Origin: Dehalococcoidia bacterium | GTDB lineage: Bacteria; Chloroflexota; Dehalococcoidia; UBA2979 | Direction: 5' to 3' | Length of the DNA: 64,000 nt | Assembly (NCBI GenBank): GCA_029246995.1 | Contig: JAQWMB010000019.1 | Location: 3,483 to 67,482, forward strand | Part shown: positions 1 to 9,685 of the stretch, piece after piece | How positions within the stretch are numbered: the first letter of the stretch is position 1 | How the letters are laid out: the number at the start of each line of letters is the position of its first letter | Position numbers and translations under genes: made by a program | The notes under the pieces: model-generated | What the model saw: only the letters and a program-made list of their open reading frames with translations | What the model was told of the DNA's origin: nothing | Databases searched by the model: none

Positions 1-2238
1 TTCTCCAGGTCCTCGAATTTTTAAATCTGCTTCAGCAAGTTCAAATCCATCATTAATAGAGGCAAAAGTTTTTAATCTTAATTCTGATTCTTCATTTGCT
101 TCATTGGCAATTAAGTAACAAAATGATTCCTTATTACTTCTTCCTACCCTACCTCGCAATTGATGTAACTGAGCTAATCCGAATCGATCTGCCCCTTCAA
201 TAATAATTACTGTTGCATCTGGAATATCTATTCCTACTTCAATAACTGATGTAGCAACTAAAATATCTAACTTTTTTTCTTCAAATAATTTCATTATTAG
301 TTCTTTTTCTTTCCCTTTCATTTTGCCGTGCAGCAGGCCAATTCTATCTGCCATTTCGGGAAATTCTATCTCTTGTAATCTTTGATGCTCTGAAATAGCA
401 GCTTTATGATCAATGTGCTCTGATTCTTCTACTAAGGGGCAGATTATAAATGCTTGATTACCTTTTTTGATTTCACTTTTTATTTTTTTAAAAGCGTCTA
501 TTGAGCTATTATCTTTAAGTAGCTCAGTCTTGATTTTTTGTCTTCCTGTTGGCATTTCGTCAATAATAGTCAATTCTAGATCGCCATATACCGTTAATGC
601 TAACGACCTTGGTATGGGAGTTGCAGTCATTACTAAAATATGAGGGTCTATTTCTTTTTTGTCTGCTTTATTTTTTAATTCTGCTCTTTGCATAACACCA
701 AATCTATGTTGTTCATCTATAACAATAAGACCTAAATTTTTGAAAGCAACATTTTCTTGAATTAAAGCATGTGTTCCAATAATAATATTAGCAGTTCCGT
801 TCTCAATCAATTCTAAGGCATAGTTTTTTTCTTTTGTTGTCATGGAGCCTGTCAGGACTACTACTCGTATTGATAGATCAAGCGCTGCAGTGTTTGCTAT
901 ACCAAATAATGCTAATTCTGTTTCGCCAGTCAGTAGTTTCAGAATAGTTTTAAAATGTTGCTCTGCTAAGATTTCTGTAGGAGCCATAATTACTGCTTGG
1001 CTATTACTTGAAATAATTGCAAGCATTGCACATAATGCAACTACTGTTTTGCCTGAACCAACATCTCCTTCTAGCAGTCTTGACATCGGTGAGGTGCTTT
1101 GCAAATCATTCATGATTGTATTAATTGCGTTTTCTTGAGCATTTGTTAAATCAAAAGGAAGAGTACTAATGAACTTATCAATGAGTTTTCTATTAGATAA
1201 TGTGACTGCATTATCTAACTTCGATGCTTCAATTTTTTTGTTTATGACAGCCAATTGAATACCTAAAAGCTCGTCAAAGGCTATACGTTTTTGACCTTCA
1301 TACACATCATTAATTTTATTCGGATAGTGCAATAATCTAATTACATCTTTTAATGGTGGATAATTATACTTATTTCTTATTTCTTCAGGTAAAGTTTCCT
1401 GCACATAAGGAGAATATTTTTCAACTATTTTTGCCGAAAAATTCTTCATTGTTTTTTGCGCAAGCCCTTTTGTTAAGTGGTATGTAGGGAGGATTTTGCC
1501 AACATAATCTGCTCGATTGTTAATCAGTTCATATTCTGGATTATCAAAAGTAATCTGGCCTTTGTATACTTTAACTTTACCAGACAAGGCAATGCTGTAT
1601 CCTTTTTTAATATAAGTAGCGATAAAACCTTGATTGAACCAAAGAATACGCATGCTGGCATTAGCTTCATCCTTAATGATAATTTCAGTTGACTTAAGTC
1701 TTCCACCTCGACCCATTCTTATGATCCTTGAACTTATAACTGCTCCGCGTACAGTTTGAAATTTCCCTACTTCTAAATTATCAATGAGTACGGTTTCGGA
1801 AAAATCAGTATATCTATAAGGAAAGAACATAAGGGCATGATTGATAGATTCTATGCCTAACTTGTTTAACGAACTTATTGTGGAATTTCGTATTCCTAGC
1901 TGGGCTTCTTTAATAGGTAATTTTAAGATTTCTTCATTGGATAATTGAGCTATGATTTTTTTTACAGTTGTTATCTTCTTTTTCTTTGGCTTTTGATGAA
2001 ATTTTTGACTAGAAGCAAGAAGATTGATTGCATTAGTGAGCCATTTTTTTCGTTCAGCAACATCTAAGCTACTATAGCCTGCAAAAGGTAGCATCGCTAT
2101 GACTTGTATGATGGGTGAAGTTGGATTCTGTTGTTTAGCTAAATTAGCAAGTAGATTATTTAAGCCACCATTAACAGCAGTATCATTACAGCCAGTTTTT
2201 AATTCAAGAGAGAGTATATCGATAATTCGATTATTCAT
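1..2238 (-). CDS. recG: ATP-dependent DNA helicase RecG (C-terminus runs off the left window edge)
   Basis: Not in the supplied track because there is no stop codon inside the window. Manual minus-strand translation from ATG 2238 stays open to position 1 (746 codons). It contains GDVGSGKT (Walker A), IDEQHRFGV (DEQH box), MTATPIPRSL and QLHQLRGRVGRS helicase motifs. Confidence 0.9.
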   Translation of the reverse strand, partial: MNNRIIDILSLELKTGCNDTAVNGGLNNLLANLAKQQNPTSPIIQVIAMLPFAGYSSLDVAERKKWLTNAINLLASSQKFHQKPKKKKITTVKKIIAQLSNEEILKLPIKEAQLGIRNSTISSLNKLGIESINHALMFFPYRYTDFSETVLIDNLEVGKFQTVRGAVISSRIIRMGRGGRLKSTEIIIKDEANASMRILWFNQGFIATYIKKGYSIALSGKVKVYKGQITFDNPEYELINNRADYVGKILPTYHLTKGLAQKTMKNFSAKIVEKYSPYVQETLPEEIRNKYNYPPLKDVIRLLHYPNKINDVYEGQKRIAFDELLGIQLAVINKKIEASKLDNAVTLSNRKLIDKFISTLPFDLTNAQENAINTIMNDLQSTSPMSRLLEGDVGSGKTVVALCAMLAIISSNSQAVIMAPTEILAEQHFKTILKLLTGETELALFGIANTAALDLSIRVVVLTGSMTTKEKNYALELIENGTANIIIGTHALIQENVAFKNLGLIVIDEQHRFGVMQRAELKNKADKKEIDPHILVMTATPIPRSLALTVYGDLELTIIDEMPTGRQKIKTELLKDNSSIDAFKKIKSEIKKGNQAFIICPLVEESEHIDHKAAISEHQRLQEIEFPEMADRIGLLHGKMKGKEKELIMKLFEEKKLDILVATSVIEVGIDIPDATVIIIEGADRFGLAQLHQLRGRVGRSNKESFCYLIANEANEESELRLKTFASINDGFELAEADLKIRGPGE

Positions 2239-2268
2239 TAGTCTTTATTAGGAATTAATTTTTAGTAA

Positions 2269-3108
2269 CTATTTAGCAGACACTGCTGCAATTCCTATTG
2301 CTCCAGGTCCTGCATGCACCCCAAGTACTGGTGTGAGTGGCGTAACTAATGGATTAATGTTGCTGTCAATTGCCTTTAATGCTTCTGCTGCTTCTGCTGC
2401 AAGCTCAGGTGCATCACTATGTATAACTCCTGCATATGCAAATGGAGCTAGTTCAGAAATCTTACTTAACATTAAATCAATTGATTTTTTATAGTTTCTT
2501 GTTTTACCACCTTGCCCTACAAGGCCATCCTCAACGGTCAGAATTGGTTTAACATTTAGCTTTGAGCCAATAAACCCTTTTGCCTTACTCATTCTGCCAC
2601 CACGAATTAAATAATCAAGAGTGTCTATGGATAGAAAAATGTTTGAACGGCTAAGCGCATCTTCAGTAACAATTTTAATTTCTTCAAGGTTCTTCCCATT
2701 TTTTAATGCTTCTGCAGCTTCAAGCACGCCAAATCCTAATGGGAGCGAAACAGTTGCTGAATCAATTATTTCAATTTTACAATTAGAAATTTGAGCTGCT
2801 GCCTGAGTCGCGGATTCGTTTGTACCTGAGACTTTCTTTGAAATATGTATAGATAATATTTCCGTTGCACCATTTTCAATCAATTTATTATAAACCTCCA
2901 AGAAAGATCCAACAGATGGTTGTGATGTTGTTGGGTGATTTGGGTCAGTGGTTAGTCGTTTAAAAAATGCTTCAGGAGTTATATCCTGCATATCTAGTAA
3001 TGTTTCTTCACCAAAAGTTAAATTTAGTGGAATAATTGTTATTCCTAAATCATCAGCCATAGCTTGAGAAATATTTGATGTTGAATCTGTAACAATTGCT
3101 AATGTCAT
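2269..3108 (-). CDS. DegV family fatty-acid-binding protein (FakB-like)
   Basis: 279-aa ORF with a DegV-like N-terminus (IAIVTDSTSN). It lies directly downstream of a DAK2/YloV-type gene, which is the FakA/FakB arrangement. Confidence 0.8.
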   Translation of the reverse strand: MTLAIVTDSTSNISQAMADDLGITIIPLNLTFGEETLLDMQDITPEAFFKRLTTDPNHPTTSQPSVGSFLEVYNKLIENGATEILSIHISKKVSGTNESATQAAAQISNCKIEIIDSATVSLPLGFGVLEAAEALKNGKNLEEIKIVTEDALSRSNIFLSIDTLDYLIRGGRMSKAKGFIGSKLNVKPILTVEDGLVGQGGKTRNYKKSIDLMLSKISELAPFAYAGVIHSDAPELAAEAAEALKAIDSNINPLVTPLTPVLGVHAGPGAIGIAAVSAK

Positions 3109-3116
3109 AATGCCTC

Positions 3117-4724
3117 CTATTCAATTGATCCTAGTATATGGTATAAAGGCTGTCCACCATTGTGTAGTTCTATATCTATATCTTTATAATTTTCTTCCAA
3201 GTACTTTTTAATAAATTTGGCTTCTTCTTGGTTAATCATGTCACCCGCATAGAGTGTAATAAGGTCTGCTTCTTTGATAGTATTTAGTACATCCGAGATG
3301 ATTTGCATTAGGTTGATGTTAGTTGAAATTAACTTACCATCAATCATAGCAATATATTCACCAGCTTTTACTGCTTGATTCTCAATCATGGCATCTTTAA
3401 CTGCCGTAGTGATTTCAAGCGAATGAGATGATGTAATTGCATTGTTCATAGCATCAAGCATTTCATTTAATTCTCCGTCTGAGTCGTATTCTAAAGCTGC
3501 AACTATACCTATGGCTGGTGAGGTAGAAGTAATGACCTTGATAAACCCATCAGATAATTCAGAAGCTTGGTGTGCTGCAGCAATAACATTTTTATTATTT
3601 GCTAGAATCACACAATTTTCTGTAGCAATTTCTTTAGACAGTGTTAACATTTCGCCAGTAGCTGGATTTGCACCTTGGCCACCATCGATAAAATGCACAA
3701 CACCAAGTTCACGGTAGATGTCTTTAAAGCCATCACCCTGCAAGACTGCAATAATTCCAATATTTTGTGGTTCAAGTTTCTTATCAATTTTACTTTTATT
3801 TTTTAATGCTTCATGCTGCTCTTGCATATTTTCAATCTTAATATTTTCAACTTCACCTATTTCTTTTCCAATTGTAATTGCATTATCGGGTATTTCCATA
3901 TGTACGTGAATATGCATGATGCGCTCATCGCCTACAACAATAATTGATTGTCCTTCAACAGATTCAAGTTTTTGTTCTATTTCTTTTTTATTCAAAAGAG
4001 TATTTTTAATAAGAAATTCTGTGCAGAAACCAAAATCATCCTCTGAATGTTCAAAATTTAGGTATGCAACTTCGAATTTTGGTAAATCTGGAGGCGTGAT
4101 TTCAGAAAGGCCAAAATATAATCCTTCTAAAATAACTAGTACTCCTATCGCACCAGCATCTACAACTCCTGCTTCTATTAATTCAGGTAATTGCTCTTTT
4201 GTTTTTTCAACGCTTTCTTCTGCTTGGTCAATGCTTATTTTTAATGTATCTGTTACTGATGCTGATGTTTTAAGCTGATCAACTGCTGATTTTGCTGCAT
4301 CTCTCAGAACTGAGAGCATTGTGCCTTCTGCTGGATTAGCCAATGCAGAGTATGCTTTTTTGGCAGCGCCTTCAAGCCCAAGCGCCATGCTCTCAGCAGT
4401 TATGTCTTTATGTTGCTTGAATGATTCAGAGAAACCTTTAAGCATTTGTGACAAAATAACTCCACTGTTACCACGAGCACCTAATAAAGCACCATAAGCT
4501 AATTTTTCAGTAAATTCTGATACAGAATGATACTTATTTTTTTGGACTTCCTTGATGGCTGCTTTCAATGTTAATAACATATTTGTTCCTGTATCACCAT
4601 CTGGCACAGGATATACATTAATTGAATTAATTGATTCTTTATTTGTTGTCAACCATTCTTCTGCTACACTGAACGCACTTTCTAATTCTTGAGTGGCTAT
4701 AGTGAGGCTATTGTCTGTACACAT
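3117..4724 (-). CDS. DAK2-domain protein, YloV/FakA-like (putative fatty acid kinase subunit)
   Basis: 535-aa ORF with the Dak2/DhaL signature PDGDTGTNM near the N-terminus. The neighbourhood rpmB <> yloV-degV-recG is conserved. Confidence 0.8.
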   Translation of the reverse strand: MCTDNSLTIATQELESAFSVAEEWLTTNKESINSINVYPVPDGDTGTNMLLTLKAAIKEVQKNKYHSVSEFTEKLAYGALLGARGNSGVILSQMLKGFSESFKQHKDITAESMALGLEGAAKKAYSALANPAEGTMLSVLRDAAKSAVDQLKTSASVTDTLKISIDQAEESVEKTKEQLPELIEAGVVDAGAIGVLVILEGLYFGLSEITPPDLPKFEVAYLNFEHSEDDFGFCTEFLIKNTLLNKKEIEQKLESVEGQSIIVVGDERIMHIHVHMEIPDNAITIGKEIGEVENIKIENMQEQHEALKNKSKIDKKLEPQNIGIIAVLQGDGFKDIYRELGVVHFIDGGQGANPATGEMLTLSKEIATENCVILANNKNVIAAAHQASELSDGFIKVITSTSPAIGIVAALEYDSDGELNEMLDAMNNAITSSHSLEITTAVKDAMIENQAVKAGEYIAMIDGKLISTNINLMQIISDVLNTIKEADLITLYAGDMINQEEAKFIKKYLEENYKDIDIELHNGGQPLYHILGSIE

Positions 4725-4741
4725 AAATTTTACCTCAGTTA

Positions 4742-4826
4742 CGAAATTTTGAAAAAATTTCGAATACCAACTAGATTACAAACAAGCAAATATATATCAT
4801 TTATATCTATACATTAATAAATGATA
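4742..4826. promoter_or_regulatory. Two perfect inverted repeats in the rpmB / yloV-like divergent intergenic region
   Basis: CGAAATTTT-GAA-AAAATTTCG at 4742-4762 (9-bp arms). TATCATTTAT-N12-ATAAATGATA at 4795-4826 (10-bp arms). Function unknown. Confidence 0.3.
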
Positions 4827-4902
4827 TGTACTGATTATAAAATTGTTATTACATAAATTGAAAGTGTTTTTATATTTTGATTAAGAAATAAAGAGTTAAA
4901 TT

Positions 4903-5127
4903 ATGTCTTCTGGTAAATGTGATTTTTGTGAAAAAGTTGTGGTCTTTGGTCGTAATATTCGACATAAGCACTCTGGTAGATGGGAACGTAAAGCTCCTAA
5001 GACTAGCAGGCAATTTCGTCCAAATGTACAATCAAAGAAAATGATTATTGATGGTAAGCGACAAAAAGTTAATATTTGCACAAAATGTATCAAAACGCAG
5101 ATGAAAAATTTTATCCTCGCGAATTAG
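4903..5127 (+). CDS. rpmB: 50S ribosomal protein L28
   Basis: 74-aa basic ORF. CDFC...FGRNIRHKHSGRWERKAPKT..RPNVQ matches the L28 pattern, with a second CTKC pair (zinc-ribbon type). It is divergent from the yloV-like gene. Confidence 0.8.
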   Translation: MSSGKCDFCEKVVVFGRNIRHKHSGRWERKAPKTSRQFRPNVQSKKMIIDGKRQKVNICTKCIKTQMKNFILAN

Positions 5128-5810
5128 TTTTCACAAATCCCCCGAATTTTTTCTTGCAAATAATGTACTGTATTTTGTCGGTCTAAATCATCATTAAATA
5201 TTGCTGAACCCATCACTACATTACTCGCACCAGCACTTATGCAGAGTTCTAAATTATCCTCTTTGACACCACCATCTACTTGAAAATTGATAGGAATTTC
5301 TATTTTCTTTTTTCTCATGAAATCTTTTATTTCTTTGATTTTTTCTAAGGAATTAGTGATCATTTTTTGTCCACCAAAACCAGGATGGACAGTCATAACA
5401 GTTACTTGATTTAATTCACCGATGTATTTTGTGATTGCTTCAACTGATGTTTCAGGATTAATTGCTAAAGCAAATTCTTTATTATTTTTATGCGTTATTG
5501 AAATTAACTCACTAGGATCTGCTATTGCTTCTATATGAACAATAATCTTATCTACGCCAATATCTATAAATTTTTGTACCTGTTCATGTGGATTTACAAC
5601 CATTAAGTGTACTTCTATTGGTATGTTTGAAATAGATTTTATTTTTTCTACAATATCTTGGCCAAAAGAAATTTGTGGGACGAAATTGCCATCCATTATA
5701 TCCAAATGCCAACAGGCTAATTCTGGATTTTCTACAGATTTAATTTCTTTTTCAATTTGCAAGTAATCCATTGTTAATATCGATGGAGCAATTTTAACAA
5801 TAGATTTCAT
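5124..5810 (-). CDS. rpe: ribulose-phosphate 3-epimerase
   Basis: 228 aa with motifs APSILTMD, HLDIMDGNFVP, MTVHPGFGGQ and VDGGV. Confidence 0.9.
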   Translation of the reverse strand: MKSIVKIAPSILTMDYLQIEKEIKSVENPELACWHLDIMDGNFVPQISFGQDIVEKIKSISNIPIEVHLMVVNPHEQVQKFIDIGVDKIIVHIEAIADPSELISITHKNNKEFALAINPETSVEAITKYIGELNQVTVMTVHPGFGGQKMITNSLEKIKEIKDFMRKKKIEIPINFQVDGGVKEDNLELCISAGASNVVMGSAIFNDDLDRQNTVHYLQEKIRGICEN

Positions 5811-7216
5811 AATTCTTTCTTAAGCTTTTTATTTGTTTGATCCAATTGAGTTTGGGCTTTCTTGATAGCACTTTTTACTTGATTAGGTGCAGTACCACCA
5901 GTGATATTTCTATTTGACAATGATGAATATACATTCAGTCTGGTAATATCACTGGTAAATTTTTTTGAAAACTTTTGGTATTGTTTTAATGTTAGTTCTT
6001 CTAGTGCTAGATTGTTTTCAGTGCAATATTTTACAATTAAGCCCACTATTTCATGAGACTCTCTAAAAGGAATTCCTTTTTTCACTAAATAGTCGGCAAC
6101 ATCTGTAGCAAGCGCAAATCCACTATTTGCTTTATGTTCTGCTTCATCTCTTTTGAAGGTTAGTGCATGAAGTAATCCATCAGTGATTTTGAGGACAGAG
6201 GTAATAGTATTTATTGAATCAAACAATGGTTCTTTATCTTCTTGCAGATCGCGATTATACGTAAGAGGGAGGCCTTTCATTAATACAAGTATCTGCATTA
6301 AATTCCCTATGACTCTTGCACTTTTACCTCTCATTAGTTCTGCAACATCAGGATTTTTCTTTTGAGGCATTATACTTGATCCCGTTGCAAAATCATCACT
6401 AATTTGAACTAGGTTGAATTCTTTTGTCGCCCATAAAATTATTTCTTCCGATAATCTTGATATATGGATCATGCATGTAGCCATTGCTGAGTGCATATCA
6501 ATGACAAAGTCTCGATCGGACACAGCATCCATCGAATTACTTGATATTGCATTAAATCCTAGTTCATTTGCTAATAATTTTCTATCGAACTTATATCCAG
6601 ATCCAGCAAGAGCACCTGAGCCCAGCGGTAAAATATTTGTTTGGTCAATGACGTTTATGAATCGATTAGTATCTCGCATTAACATTGCTTCATATGCTAA
6701 TAAATGATGCCCAAGTAAGATTGGTTGTGCTACTTGGAGATGAGTATATCCTGGGAATACTGTAGCTTGTTCCTTTTCTGCCATACCAATAAATGTTGCC
6801 CGTAACTTCATTAATAATCCAATAATTTCTTTTGAAGCTGCAATGCAATACATTCTTAGATCTGTTGCAATGAGATCATTTCTGGATCTACCCGTATGTA
6901 GATGCCCTGCATCTTTTCCAATCAAATTAAATAATGCTGACTCTATGGATAAATGTATATCTTCATTTTTAATTTTAAAATTAAATTTGTTTGTTTCAAT
7001 TTGTTTTTTAATTTTATTTAAGCCAGTAATTATATTTTTTGCTTTGTTTGCAGTAATTATTTTTTGTTTTTTTAACATGATTGTGTGCGCAATGCAACAA
7101 GCAATCTCTTCATTGTAGAGTGCTTTATCAAATTGAATTGAAGCAGTAAATTCTTCAACACTGCTATCTGTAGCTTTTTGAAAAGCTCCAGACCATAATT
7201 TATTTTTTTGTTTCAA
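5807..7216 (-). CDS. argH: argininosuccinate lyase
   Basis: 469 aa with the fumarate-lyase signature GSSIMPQKKNPDVAE, plus GYTHLQVAQP. Confidence 0.93.
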   Translation of the reverse strand: MKQKNKLWSGAFQKATDSSVEEFTASIQFDKALYNEEIACCIAHTIMLKKQKIITANKAKNIITGLNKIKKQIETNKFNFKIKNEDIHLSIESALFNLIGKDAGHLHTGRSRNDLIATDLRMYCIAASKEIIGLLMKLRATFIGMAEKEQATVFPGYTHLQVAQPILLGHHLLAYEAMLMRDTNRFINVIDQTNILPLGSGALAGSGYKFDRKLLANELGFNAISSNSMDAVSDRDFVIDMHSAMATCMIHISRLSEEIILWATKEFNLVQISDDFATGSSIMPQKKNPDVAELMRGKSARVIGNLMQILVLMKGLPLTYNRDLQEDKEPLFDSINTITSVLKITDGLLHALTFKRDEAEHKANSGFALATDVADYLVKKGIPFRESHEIVGLIVKYCTENNLALEELTLKQYQKFSKKFTSDITRLNVYSSLSNRNITGGTAPNQVKSAIKKAQTQLDQTNKKLKKEL

Positions 7217-7236
7217 ATTTTACTCCTAGAAATGAA

Positions 7237-8460
7237 CTATGAAATATCATTAATATTTTTATCATTGACATGTTTTTGTGCTTTTGCTTGAGTTTTTAAT
7301 GGTTGCCCCCAAATTGCTATAAATCCTTTTGCAATGGATTGATCAAATTCATCATCTTCACTGTATGTTGCAAGCTTTGGATCATATAAAGATTCATTTG
7401 ATTTGATGCCATTGACAATGGCATTGGCATGCCATAATTGCAATCGTACAGTTCCGTTGACAAATTTTTGACTTGAATCTATAAGTGCTTTCATGTCAGC
7501 ATGAAATCTACTAAACCAATGCCCGTCATAAACCATTTTGGCATATTCTTGATCAATGATTGACTTCATATCTTTTTGTTGTCGCGTGAGAGTTAAAGAT
7601 TCAAGAGCATGATGCGCTTGAATTAGTACAGATGCAGCAGGAGACTCATATATTTCTCTTGATTTAATGCCTACGATTCTATCTTCCACCATATCTATTC
7701 TGCCAATACCATGCTTGCCAGCAATAGTATTGAGCGTGGTAATAATTTCAATAGGATCGGATATTTTTTCATTCAATTTTATAGGGATGCCTTGTGTAAA
7801 TTCTATTGTAATGGATTCTGGTTCTATTGGAGTTTTATTTAGCGGCTCTGTCCATTCATAAATTTCTTCTGGGGGTGCTTCCCATGGATCTTCGAGAATG
7901 CCACATTCAATAGAACGCCCCCAAATATTTTCGTCAGTTGAATAAGGAGAAGATTTAATCGGAGGCAAGGGAATCTTGTTTTCTTTTGCATAATTAATTA
8001 CTTCTTCTCTGGTCATATTATTTTCACGACCTGTAGCGATAATGTCTATATCAGGTTTTAATGTTTGCAAGCTAATATCAAATCGAACTTGATCATTCCC
8101 TTTTCCTGTACATCCATGAGCAACTGCACTTGCACCAACTTCTTTTGCTTTTTCAATAAGCATTTTTGCAATTAACGGTCGTGCTAAAGCAGTTGCAAGT
8201 GGATATTTATTTTGATACATTGCATTGGCTTTTAAAGCAGGGAATGCATAATGTTCTAAAAATTCTTTTTTTGCATCTATCATTTGAACTTCTTTTGCAC
8301 CAGCTTCCAATCCTCGTTTAATTATATCTTCATTGTCAGGCAAATTACCTAAATCAGCTGTCATGCAATATACTTCGTAGCCATATTCTTTACGTAAGAT
8401 ATTGACTGCCACAGAAGTATCAAGGCCGCCAGAATATGCGAGTACAATTTTTTTAGACAT
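7237..8460 (-). CDS. argG: argininosuccinate synthase
   Basis: 407 aa with AYSGGLDTS and HGCTGKGNDQVRF signatures. Confidence 0.93.
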   Translation of the reverse strand: MSKKIVLAYSGGLDTSVAVNILRKEYGYEVYCMTADLGNLPDNEDIIKRGLEAGAKEVQMIDAKKEFLEHYAFPALKANAMYQNKYPLATALARPLIAKMLIEKAKEVGASAVAHGCTGKGNDQVRFDISLQTLKPDIDIIATGRENNMTREEVINYAKENKIPLPPIKSSPYSTDENIWGRSIECGILEDPWEAPPEEIYEWTEPLNKTPIEPESITIEFTQGIPIKLNEKISDPIEIITTLNTIAGKHGIGRIDMVEDRIVGIKSREIYESPAASVLIQAHHALESLTLTRQQKDMKSIIDQEYAKMVYDGHWFSRFHADMKALIDSSQKFVNGTVRLQLWHANAIVNGIKSNESLYDPKLATYSEDDEFDQSIAKGFIAIWGQPLKTQAKAQKHVNDKNINDIS

Positions 8461-9670
8461 TTTGTTCCTCTCTTATTGCTTCTGCAATGCTTTTTTCAAT
8501 AATTTTTTTTGCGTCTTTCAGTTGTTTTGTAGATACATTGAGTGGAGGCATTATTCTTAGAACATTTGGCCTCACTGGATTTATTAAAAGGCCATTATTT
8601 ATACATCGTTGAGCAACTTGGGGTGCTATATTTTCTTTTAGTTCAATGCCTCTCAACAATCCCATACCTCTTAATTTAACAACATCTTGATTATCTTGCA
8701 GTAATTCAGTTAGTAGATTATTTAAAATTTTTGATGTGCCTTTTATTGACTTCATCATATTAGTTTTAAAAAGTTTATTAGCAACATAATATGCCCCTGC
8801 GCAAGTCAGAACATTACCACCAAATGTACTGCCATGGTCCCCCGGAGTAAATACATCAACTTCTTTAGTACACATGATGCCTCCAATAGGTAAACCTCCT
8901 CCTAATCCTTTTGCAGTTGTCAGAATATCAGGTTTAATTTTGTTATGCTGATGAGCCCAAGCTATTCCAGTTCTTCCCATACCAGTTTGGATTTCATCTA
9001 GAATCAGAAGTATATTATTTTTATTGCACCATGTTCTTACTCTATTTAAATAATTTTGATTAGGTGTTACTACTCCACCTTCACCTTGAATAGGCTCGAG
9101 TAAAATAGCTACTGTTTTTTTTGTTGTCTTTTTTTTAATATCTGCAATATTATTAAATTCAAAAAATTTAAAACCTTCTAATAGTGGCTCGAAATCTTTT
9201 TTATAATTTTGATTATCTGTTGCTGAAATAGTTGCTATAGTTCTGCCATGGAAACTATTTTTTGCCACTAGTATTTCATATGCACCTTTTTTATTCGCCT
9301 TGCCCCATTTTCTAGCTAGTTTAATGGCTGCTTCATTTGCTTCTGCTCCTGAGTTGCAAAACCAAATTTTATCCATTTTTGCAGATTTTAAAAGAATTTC
9401 TCCAAGAGCAATCTGTGGTTCTGAATAAAAAATATTTGAGATATGCACTAATTTTTTTGCTTGCTTTGAAATTGCTACAGCAAGTCCGCTATCTGCATGT
9501 CCAAGTAGATTAGTTGCAATTCCACAAATGAAGTCTAAATATCTGTTTTCTTTGTCATCCCAAACATATGCACCCTTCCCTCTAATTATTGTTATAGGAA
9601 TACGGTTAGCAACCTGCATAAAAATTTTTGCTTCTTTACGTTTTATATCCTTCAAGGCATTAAGTCCCAA
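8453..9670 (-). CDS. argD: acetylornithine aminotransferase (class III PLP aminotransferase)
   Basis: 405 aa with LILDEIQTGMGRTG and TTAKGLGGG (PLP lysine). Sits within the arg operon. Confidence 0.88.
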   Translation of the reverse strand: MGLNALKDIKRKEAKIFMQVANRIPITIIRGKGAYVWDDKENRYLDFICGIATNLLGHADSGLAVAISKQAKKLVHISNIFYSEPQIALGEILLKSAKMDKIWFCNSGAEANEAAIKLARKWGKANKKGAYEILVAKNSFHGRTIATISATDNQNYKKDFEPLLEGFKFFEFNNIADIKKKTTKKTVAILLEPIQGEGGVVTPNQNYLNRVRTWCNKNNILLILDEIQTGMGRTGIAWAHQHNKIKPDILTTAKGLGGGLPIGGIMCTKEVDVFTPGDHGSTFGGNVLTCAGAYYVANKLFKTNMMKSIKGTSKILNNLLTELLQDNQDVVKLRGMGLLRGIELKENIAPQVAQRCINNGLLINPVRPNVLRIMPPLNVSTKQLKDAKKIIEKSIAEAIREEQNV

Positions 9671-9685
9671 ATCTTCAGTCTACTA

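Noticed and set aside
3442-4278. Three plus-strand ORFs (91, 63 and 120 aa) lying antisense to the DAK2/YloV-like gene. Similar antisense ORFs occur inside argH, argG, UPF0182, argJ, groEL, the acyl-CoA synthetase, the CoA-transferase and others.
   Set aside because: They lie wholly within well-supported genes on the other strand and have low-complexity Ser/Ile/Phe-rich translations with no motifs. They look like shadow ORFs, which are typical opposite real genes.
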